Positions 50,472 to 57,321 of a DNA stretch of 57,321 nucleotides are shown here, piece after piece (the first letter of the stretch is position 1; the number at the start of each line of letters is the position of its first letter). The translations under genes and the position numbers were made by a program. The notes below the pieces were generated by a model. The model did not search any database. It was not told the DNA's origin and was given only the letters and a program-made list of their open reading frames with translations. The stretch is from Thermoplasmata archaeon (lineage in GTDB: Archaea > Thermoplasmatota > Thermoplasmata > Halarchaeoplasmatales > Halarchaeoplasmataceae). Where the stretch lies: contig PULU01000125.1 of NCBI GenBank assembly GCA_003551065.1, positions 1 through 57,321 on the forward strand, given 5' to 3'.

Positions 50472-51701
50472 TCACATCCATTTCTCCAATGCCTTTCTAA
50501 GCTCTTGATGATCTTTTGCATACTCTCTTAGGTCTATACCTTTGTAGGCTGCATCTACAGCCTGTCTGAGTGCCGCGGCACCACTACTGACTCCTTCAGG
50601 ATGTCCTGAAACCCCACCACCTGCTTGGATCTGAACATCCGGTCCACTTTTCTCCATGAGTTTATCGATCATGCCGGGATGCAGTCCTCCGCTTGCAACT
50701 GGCATCATGGGATCTAACCCTTTCATATCTTCCGTGATGACTTCTCTACTGTATATCTCTTCACTGACCTCCGCATGCATCTTACCGATACCGTATGTCC
50801 CAATATGAAGAGCGTCTCCCCCTGCTAATCGTACCAATTTACCGATCACCGGCATGGAGATTCCATGTTCTGGATTTTTTGTTATAGCCGCGTGCATAGC
50901 TCGATGAACATGTATGGGAACTTTAATGGAAGGGTCTTCAGCTAACGCCTGAACACCGGCGAAACCCACCGTCAAAACGTCCACCATGAGCTGTCTGGCA
51001 CCATTTTCAAGAGCTAAGTCAGCAGCTTCTAGCATACGATGACCACTGGTGCTGATATTATGAGCGTGTATCATCTTGTGCCCTTCCTCTTCTAACCTAT
51101 CTAGGGATTCGCTGACATGACTAACTCTATCTTGTAAAGGACAGAAATCTTGATCGACCAGAGTTTCGTCATCCTTCGAATTCGTTAGACCGCCTCTACC
51201 TGCTTGGTAAACATAATCCGCGAATTCCTTCGGTGGAAGTCCGATCTTCGGTTTGACGATAGTTCCTATAAGTGGTTTATCTGGTCGGTCTAGTATATCT
51301 CTTAGACCTTCGATCCCGAACTGCGGCCCTGGATACCTATCTATTATATCCTGTGGAAAATGTATATCGACTAATCTAACTCCCTCTAATGAATCCAAAC
51401 CGAAGAGATTTCCTGCAACTATGCTCAATATCTGTGGTATCTCACCGATCTCACCTGAGAAATCTATGACCGGATACCCGATTTCGACTCTATTCCCTTC
51501 AGCCTTGGTCACTTTGGCCCCGTATTTTTTGAAGATATCTTCCGATAAAGTGGTCGGTCTAGTCCAAGTACCGGTGGATTCCTCTTCGGCTATACGTTTT
51601 CCGGCTGTTACGATATCCAGGTCACTTTTGACCGTATATTCACAGATAAGGTACTCATCTCCATCTAACTCTTCACCCAACGCCAAATAATCTATGGTCA
51701 T
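50472..51701 (-). CDS. rbcL: ribulose-1,5-bisphosphate carboxylase, form III-like large subunit
   Basis: All catalytic blocks are present: ESTGTWT, VKPKIGL, SKDDE, HVHRAMHAA, GGDALHIGT..GKMH, ASGGLHPG, QAGGGVSGHP. Confidence 0.93.
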   Translation of the reverse strand: MTIDYLALGEELDGDEYLICEYTVKSDLDIVTAGKRIAEEESTGTWTRPTTLSEDIFKKYGAKVTKAEGNRVEIGYPVIDFSGEIGEIPQILSIVAGNLFGLDSLEGVRLVDIHFPQDIIDRYPGPQFGIEGLRDILDRPDKPLIGTIVKPKIGLPPKEFADYVYQAGRGGLTNSKDDETLVDQDFCPLQDRVSHVSESLDRLEEEGHKMIHAHNISTSGHRMLEAADLALENGARQLMVDVLTVGFAGVQALAEDPSIKVPIHVHRAMHAAITKNPEHGISMPVIGKLVRLAGGDALHIGTYGIGKMHAEVSEEIYSREVITEDMKGLDPMMPVASGGLHPGMIDKLMEKSGPDVQIQAGGGVSGHPEGVSSGAAALRQAVDAAYKGIDLREYAKDHQELRKALEKWM

Positions 51702-52603
51702 CCTTCAATCATCTCCTTTATGACTCTATATGATTCCGAGGGTGATATAACACCTTCCTCAGTTATTATGGAATCTACATAATCTCCGGGGGTTGCGTCG
51801 AAAACTGGATTACTGATGTTCACCCCAGGAAATTCTTCTGGATCGACGACCTCAGTGGGGCTTCTTTCCTCGATCTCCACCATGTGGCCGAAAGCGGTTT
51901 CTCTAGAGAATTTGTAGGTTTCAGCACACACTGTAAAAGGTACACGTGACTCATGAGCACATAATGCGACCTGGGATGTACCTATCTTATTGATGACTGC
52001 ACCATTGGATGCGATCGTGTCCGCTCCTACGTACACTTTGTCAACATCCTTCATCTTGTATCTGACAGCGGAATCTACAATGAGTGTGACAGGCATCCCG
52101 TATCCTGCTAATTCACGGACCGTGATATAACCCTGTTTTTTAGGACGTGATTCAGTGGCTATGACCTCGATTTCCTTCCCAGCTTCCCATGCATATCTTA
52201 TACATCCTAGGGCCATCGAACTGTTACAGTGGGTTAAAACAGTGTCCCCGCTTCTGATCCTTTTTCCACCATATTCGGATATCTTATGGTATGCCTCGTG
52301 TGATCTCTCGATAAAATCTTCTGCTCTTTTCCGAATCTCATCCGCATTAAAACCTAAACTTTTATTTTTAGTTACGAAACGGAGTGCGTTCTTTAGCGAC
52401 ACTGCAGTGGGTCTTGTTTTTTTCAACCTTTCTACCGCTTTGTTGATCTCGATGTCCAGATTTTGTTTTTCCGATTCAACGGCTGTCTGCTTCAATGCCG
52501 CAGCTGCTGCTCGCGCGATCTTCGCAGCACCCCTGATCTCCATGGACTCTATCTTACTGGCTATATCGTTATAACCCATACCCTCGAAACCATCATCTTT
52601 CAT
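51698..52603 (-). CDS. e2b2: ribose-1,5-bisphosphate isomerase (eIF-2B alpha/beta/delta family)
   Basis: IRGAAKIARAAA, VLTHCNSS, VGADTIASNGAVINKIGT. ATGA overlap with rbcL. Confidence 0.8.
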   Translation of the reverse strand: MKDDGFEGMGYNDIASKIESMEIRGAAKIARAAAAALKQTAVESEKQNLDIEINKAVERLKKTRPTAVSLKNALRFVTKNKSLGFNADEIRKRAEDFIERSHEAYHKISEYGGKRIRSGDTVLTHCNSSMALGCIRYAWEAGKEIEVIATESRPKKQGYITVRELAGYGMPVTLIVDSAVRYKMKDVDKVYVGADTIASNGAVINKIGTSQVALCAHESRVPFTVCAETYKFSRETAFGHMVEIEERSPTEVVDPEEFPGVNISNPVFDATPGDYVDSIITEEGVISPSESYRVIKEMIEG

Positions 52604-52659
52604 AGACTATACATGTATAACAGAGTTGATAAAATCTTCGACCTGTAGATCTCTCATTC

Positions 52660-53310
52660 CTAAAGTGATGAAACGGTCTTCCAGACCTTAGTAAGGTCTT
52701 TTTCAGTGATCACCATATCGGCGGCATAACGGACTTTTTCATCGGCAGGATCGAAAGAGATACCAAGTCCAGAACGCTCAAGCATCGGTGCATCTATGAA
52801 ACTATTTCCAACAGATACGGTCTTCTCCGGTGAGATGTCTAACTGGCTGATCAATTCATCAAAGACCTTCCCTTTATCGTTCAACGGAACCTCGAGTATA
52901 CCTTCGCCGTTGAGTTTTTTCCCATCAGTATCGACATCGTTAGCCTTGATATGATCAAAATAATCTTTACCGATCATTAGTGCTAGAGGTTTTAGACCTC
53001 CGCTGATTATGGCTGTTTTGAAACCGTCTTCTTTAAAACATTCCAGACAATCTTCGTATCCGGGCATAATGGGTACGTTTTTTAGGATCTTTTTAAGATC
53101 GTTTTTCGAGATCCCCTCTTTCTTTTGCTTCCATAATGCGATATCCCTGCGTATGAACTCAAGATCGTCAATTTCTCCTTTTAGATATGCTTCTAGGGAA
53201 TGATCGTTAGTGACATCGAAATGATCATGAACGAAAGCCCAAGAGCTGTGAACGTCAACAAGAACACCGTCCATATCGAAGACCACGAGTTCATAACCGT
53301 TTTTTGCCAT
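52660..53310 (-). CDS. HAD-superfamily phosphatase (subfamily IB/SerB-like)
   Basis: LVVFDMDGVLVD (DxDx motif I), IISGG, VGNSFIDAPM (motif IV-like). Confidence 0.75.
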   Translation of the reverse strand: MAKNGYELVVFDMDGVLVDVHSSWAFVHDHFDVTNDHSLEAYLKGEIDDLEFIRRDIALWKQKKEGISKNDLKKILKNVPIMPGYEDCLECFKEDGFKTAIISGGLKPLALMIGKDYFDHIKANDVDTDGKKLNGEGILEVPLNDKGKVFDELISQLDISPEKTVSVGNSFIDAPMLERSGLGISFDPADEKVRYAADMVITEKDLTKVWKTVSSL

Positions 53311-53412
53311 ATACTCTAATGGGATACAAGTATTATAAGAATTTTTTTAATTCGATTTGTTGTTAAATTTTCAGGTAAATTATTATACTACGTTCAATTA
53401 TGTTGATTTGTT

Positions 53413-53706
53413 ATGAGATGCGAGGATTTCGTTGTAGAATTTCTACCAGCAGTGAAGGCAACCATAGTAAGAAAGTTATATAATGAATACGATCTTAGCC
53501 AGGTCAACATCTCGGAGATCCTAGGTATTACCCAACCAGCAGTTTCTCAATATCTATCTGGTGCAAGAGGAGAATATCCTCTCGATGAAAAAGTAGAGAA
53601 GACTGCAAAAGATGTTGCAGACGAGATCTATGAACTCTATTCCAATGAAGAATTGACTCTTAGAGACATAGACGAATTACTCTGCAAGGTATGTAGAAAG
53701 ATATGA
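53413..53706 (+). CDS. small HTH transcriptional regulator
   Basis: LSQVNISEILGITQPAVSQYLSG is a helix-turn-helix. There is a C-terminal CKVC pair. Confidence 0.55.
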   Translation: MRCEDFVVEFLPAVKATIVRKLYNEYDLSQVNISEILGITQPAVSQYLSGARGEYPLDEKVEKTAKDVADEIYELYSNEELTLRDIDELLCKVCRKI

Positions 53707-53773
53707 TTCTCTAGATCTTATCAAATGGTACACATTCAAAAACACTATATAACAGTGTGAATTATGGGTATCC

Positions 53774-54544
53774 ATGTTCCAAAAATCATCCGAAAAAGAC
53801 GTGACTAGAACGATAGTTAAAGAGTTTGGAAGAGTGATAGACGAGTACGCCGAATCTGATGTTATAGTCATAGGTGGTGGGCCTAGTGGTCTCATGGCAG
53901 CTAGAGATCTTGCCAAGAGAGATAGAAAAATACTTGTGATCGAGCGGAACAACTATCTCGGAGGTGGATTCTGGTTGGGAGGTTATCTTATGAACACAAT
54001 CACTGTCAGGAGTCCTGCGGAGGATATCTTGGATGAGCTGGGTATCCCTTATAAAAAAGAAGGGAACCTATCTCGAGCGTTGGGGCCACATGCATGCTCA
54101 AAACTGATCTCTGAGGCCTGTGACGAAGGGATCCAGATATTGAACATGACGGAATTCGATGACGTAGTGTTTAGAGAAGATGACAGGATAGGAGGTGTTG
54201 TAGTCAATTGGACACCTGTATCCTCATTGCCCAGACAGTTAACCTGTGTCGATCCTATCGCTTTAGAAACAAAAATAGTCATCGATGCTACTGGTCATGA
54301 TGCCTGTGTAGTAAAAAAGATGGAAGAAAGAGGTCTCATCGAAACCAGAGGTTTTGGTGGTATGTGGGTCGAAGAATCTGAAGATCTTGTAGTAGAACAC
54401 ACCGGTAAAGTACATGACGGTTTAGTTGTGACAGGTATGGCAGTATCTACAACATATGGTCTCCCACGTATGGGGCCGACTTTCGGTTCGATGCTGATGT
54501 CTGGTAGAAAAGGAGCGAAAGTGGTTGATGATCTACTCGGCTGA
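53774..54544 (+). CDS. thi4: thiazole synthase Thi4
   Basis: DVIVIGGGPSGLMAARDLA, GGGFWLGG, VIDATGHDA, GMAVSTTYGLPRMGPTFGSMLMSG. Confidence 0.88.
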   Translation: MFQKSSEKDVTRTIVKEFGRVIDEYAESDVIVIGGGPSGLMAARDLAKRDRKILVIERNNYLGGGFWLGGYLMNTITVRSPAEDILDELGIPYKKEGNLSRALGPHACSKLISEACDEGIQILNMTEFDDVVFREDDRIGGVVVNWTPVSSLPRQLTCVDPIALETKIVIDATGHDACVVKKMEERGLIETRGFGGMWVEESEDLVVEHTGKVHDGLVVTGMAVSTTYGLPRMGPTFGSMLMSGRKGAKVVDDLLG

Positions 54545-55262
54545 GTTTCCGTTCGAAAGGATAATTTTTTACGTCTCGGACAGGATCGACCGACTTGAAA
54601 CTCAAGAGATCGCATCATATATACATAGTACAATAAAAAAACCAGTTGTAATGAAAGAGGATTTCTTTCATGAACATAGAAACGATAAAATATTTGAATC
54701 GATAGCTTCCACTAGAGTAGCCGACTTAAATTCCAGGAAGGATAAAGATCCATTACCTATGGAGATAGAGATAGAAAAAAAGATATTGAAAGGTAAAGGG
54801 ATCTATGGCATCCTCTATGACGGGTGGAAATTATCAAAAAATATGTTCGAACTGCTTTCAGAGGAGGAACAAAAAGACCACATAATAGTCATCACCGACC
54901 GACTTATAGGGACATTGGAAAGGGGCGAATCTCGTTACCATGTCAGGACTGTCATCAATTCTCTACCCTCGATAATATCGATACCGGGGATAGTAGAAGG
55001 GCCTGCAAAGCCTAAAGAATTCTACCTTGAAACTGAGAAAAGATTTGATTTCAAACCTATGGAACATGAGGATATTAGGATGACTAAAGCAGTAAAGTCC
55101 TATGCACTTCAGACGATATTTTGGAGGTTGACGGGAGACCCTTTCTGTGATAAGATCGGATGCCCCCTTTTCAATTCACATTGGCAGGAAGAAGTCATCA
55201 AAAATCAGATTGAGGGGGAGTTGTGCGAAGAACACAAAGCTGAGCTAAAAAGATCTGTATGA
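54528..55262 (+). CDS. archaemetzincin-like protein lacking the HExxH motif (hypothetical)
   Basis: C-terminal G-DPF-C-DKIG-C-P-L-x18-C-EE-H closely follows the archaemetzincin pattern GX3CX4CXMX17CXXC. The expected HExxH position reads TIFWR. Overlaps the thi4 3' end by 17 nt. Confidence 0.45.
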   Translation: MIYSAEFPFERIIFYVSDRIDRLETQEIASYIHSTIKKPVVMKEDFFHEHRNDKIFESIASTRVADLNSRKDKDPLPMEIEIEKKILKGKGIYGILYDGWKLSKNMFELLSEEEQKDHIIVITDRLIGTLERGESRYHVRTVINSLPSIISIPGIVEGPAKPKEFYLETEKRFDFKPMEHEDIRMTKAVKSYALQTIFWRLTGDPFCDKIGCPLFNSHWQEEVIKNQIEGELCEEHKAELKRSV

Positions 55263-55270
55263 ATATATTA

Positions 55271-57100
55271 TTAAGCGCTATCCAGCTCTTCTTGATACTC
55301 CTTCATGTGCTCTATAGCGCTCTCATAATCGCCCATCTTCTCAGCCTTTCTTGCCTTTTTGAGAAGATGGATACACCTTGAGACATCTATATTTGCGCCG
55401 GATAATTTTGCTTGTTTCAATTCATCTTTAGCACTCTTAACTTTATCTGACATATAATCTGAAAAGTCTTTAAAGATCTCCTCATGTGTTTCCGATAGTA
55501 ACTCTTTTCCACCATCCCCTTCTTCGATCTTCTCCAAGTAGTCCGAAGCTGAACCCGTATCCATCCCCAAATACTCCGCAGTATCGATCAGGTACTTAAT
55601 GGATTCTATCTTTTCCTCGGGAGAAGCTTCATCATCGATTATATCTAGTTCTCCTCCCTCTAGGACTGTATTTATGTCCCTGATGGTTACTTCGTAGATC
55701 TCCTTTGCTTCTTCGTATCTTCCTTTATCAGCTAGATCTTTACCTTCACGGAGCTTATTCAAAAAGGGCTTTATTTGACCTCCTATCTCTCTCAGCTCCT
55801 TGATACTTTCTCTTCCCTCATCTATAAGAGAATCTATCTCCTTCACCTTTTTAGAAAGGGACAAAGCTTCTCTTGCATGATCTATACCGGCTTCATAATC
55901 TTCTTCTTTTCGGCTTTCAACCGTTTTTTTGATCAATTCTTTTATATTATCTATCTTTACGTTGGTTTTACGTATATCATTTAAGGATTCTTTTGCTTCA
56001 TCGATGACTAGCAAAAACTTCTCTTCAGTTACTAACTCCTTCTCCATATCCCCCATCTTTGAGGCTAGATCTTCCTCTACTTCCTTTTCTTCCTTAACCT
56101 TCTCTATATCCGATAGTAGTTCATGACAGGATTCTTCAGCCTTCTCATATTGACCTTCTTCGATCTCACTATCTATGATTTTCAATTTCTCAGATAAATA
56201 TTCAGACTCGATGCCCTGTAACCCTTTCATGATATCATCATATATCGATGATAGCTCTTTCACTTGCCCTAGATTACTGAGGAGTTCGTCTGATTTCTCT
56301 ATCGCTGTTTCCCTATCATCGTTATTTCTGGCATCGACTGCCTCTCTTAATTTAGACCCGAGATGGTCCGTGGGAATGTCCTCACGTTTTACGCTAAAAT
56401 ATGATCTCCTGGCCTCCCCAACTTTACTTTCCACTTCTTTGACACTTATAGCTTTTTCTTCTACTTCATCTTCCTCTTCTTCTAACTCTGGCATCTCTGG
56501 AAGATTTATTTGGTGTTTATTCACAGCCACTTTGTAAGCCTTGGTAGCCTCTTTTAGCTTCCCCAATCTTAATGACAGATTAGCCTTAGCAGTCCATATA
56601 TGATCATAGAGGGGATCCAACTCGATTACCCTGTCATAGAGTTCAAGTGCTCTTCGAGGGATGCCCATCTTTTCGATGATAGCAGCCTTACAATAGTATA
56701 ACTCTGGGTCTTCTTCTCCATCCATGATACGTTTTTCGTACTCGGCCAAGGCCTTTAAAGGATCTTCTATCTCACCTTCACTGTGGAAAACTTTACCTTC
56801 CACCAAAATGGATTGTCCACAATCTGAACAGTTATCCTCATCGATGGAAACAACAACACCACATTCTGGGCAAAATATCTCATCCTTGATACCCTCATCT
56901 GCAGAATCTTTCTTTTCCACGATATCCTTTGCATTTCTTTCCCTTATCTCTGAGATCTCTTTCAAATCTCCTATATCTGCATCTAGGATTTTCCCTTTAT
57001 CCCTGTAACCTTCTCTCCATAATATCCTGGCTTTTAGATCTCCCACATAAGGGATATTTTTTAGCGCGTTTATCTCTTCTTTATTGCTATTCGATGACAT
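55271..57100 (-). CDS. HhH / zinc-ribbon / TPR / long acidic coiled-coil protein (hypothetical)
   Basis: N-terminal LKNIPYVGDLKARILWREGY (HhH-like). CPECG...CSDCG. TPR-like YYCKAAIIEKMG...ALELYDRVIELDP...LGKLKEATKAYKVA. Then about 400 aa of E/K-rich heptad-like sequence. Confidence 0.6.
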   Translation of the reverse strand: MSSNSNKEEINALKNIPYVGDLKARILWREGYRDKGKILDADIGDLKEISEIRERNAKDIVEKKDSADEGIKDEIFCPECGVVVSIDEDNCSDCGQSILVEGKVFHSEGEIEDPLKALAEYEKRIMDGEEDPELYYCKAAIIEKMGIPRRALELYDRVIELDPLYDHIWTAKANLSLRLGKLKEATKAYKVAVNKHQINLPEMPELEEEEDEVEEKAISVKEVESKVGEARRSYFSVKREDIPTDHLGSKLREAVDARNNDDRETAIEKSDELLSNLGQVKELSSIYDDIMKGLQGIESEYLSEKLKIIDSEIEEGQYEKAEESCHELLSDIEKVKEEKEVEEDLASKMGDMEKELVTEEKFLLVIDEAKESLNDIRKTNVKIDNIKELIKKTVESRKEEDYEAGIDHAREALSLSKKVKEIDSLIDEGRESIKELREIGGQIKPFLNKLREGKDLADKGRYEEAKEIYEVTIRDINTVLEGGELDIIDDEASPEEKIESIKYLIDTAEYLGMDTGSASDYLEKIEEGDGGKELLSETHEEIFKDFSDYMSDKVKSAKDELKQAKLSGANIDVSRCIHLLKKARKAEKMGDYESAIEHMKEYQEELDSA

Positions 57101-57202
57101 TTGCCGTCCTCTATTACTTTGTTATATGTTTAGAATTGATACGGTGGTATCTTAACTTTTTGTATATATATCATTCGGTACAATAATCGAACAAACACTA
57201 AT

Positions 57203-57321
57203 TCAGTCCCAAAATTGTTTCGTTCTAGCATACCTTATCTCCGCTTCGAGTATATCTCTCAAGAATTCATCTTCGTCCCTGTGGTTCCTTCTTAAGATCC
57301 TTCCAGCATTTTCATGTCCGA
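57203..57321 (-). CDS. 3' end of an unidentified CDS that starts outside the window
   Basis: My translation of the minus strand gives ...GHENAGRILRRNHRDEDEFLRDILEAEIRYARTKQFWD followed by a stop (TGA at 57205-57203). Too short to identify. Confidence 0.35.
   Translation of the reverse strand, partial: GHENAGRILRRNHRDEDEFLRDILEAEIRYARTKQFWD

Noticed and set aside
53774-54544. Possibility that this gene, rather than the e2b2 homologue, is the ribose-1,5-bisphosphate isomerase of the nearby RuBisCO pathway
   Set aside because: Its motifs (GGGPSG, GGGFWLGG, ATGHDA, PRMGPTFG) are those of Thi4 thiazole synthase. The eIF-2B-family gene fused by an ATGA overlap to rbcL fits the isomerase role.

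Overview
This 57.3-kb window is an archaeal chromosomal segment that is compact and almost entirely coding, with many ATGA or abutting stop/start junctions. I found no rRNA, CRISPR array, transposase or integrase.

Archaeal identity rests on these gene sets:
- the rpoH-rpoB-rpoA1-rpoA2-L30e-nusA block
- the ftsZ-secE-spt5-L11 block
- GINS and RPA-like genes
- the ArcS/RaSEA archaeosine genes
- a form III RuBisCO AMP-salvage operon (e2b2-rbcL-deoA)

Most soluble proteins are visibly very D/E-rich and the DNA is AT-leaning. Together with gyrase this suggests a halophilic, small-genome archaeon, possibly Nanohaloarchaeota/DPANN-like. That placement is inference only.

Housekeeping and metabolic content:
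- gyrB-gyrA and purS-purL
- a four-subunit proline-dehydrogenase/opine-oxidase-like cluster coupled to a LysE transporter
- gdhA, thi4 and a HAD phosphatase

Non-routine items:
1. An AT-rich four-gene block of two radical-SAM enzymes (one B12-type) converging on two UbiA prenyltransferases.
2. A class-III-signal pilin-like gene tightly followed by a HerA/DUF87-type ATPase.
3. A NuoE/NuoF/(NuoG-GltD fusion) operon resembling Sporomusa-type Nfn (Bfu-family) transhydrogenases.
4. A tRNA-Lys(UUU) interrupted by two non-canonical introns.
5. Lineage-specific additions to RpoB (zinc-ribbon insert), RpoA'' (HhH plus poly-Lys N-terminus) and Spt5 (acidic tail plus a roughly 150-aa extra domain).
6. 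A small type II R-M island with a motif-permuted methyltransferase and an orphan UPF0175 antitoxin.
7. An archaemetzincin-like protein lacking HExxH.
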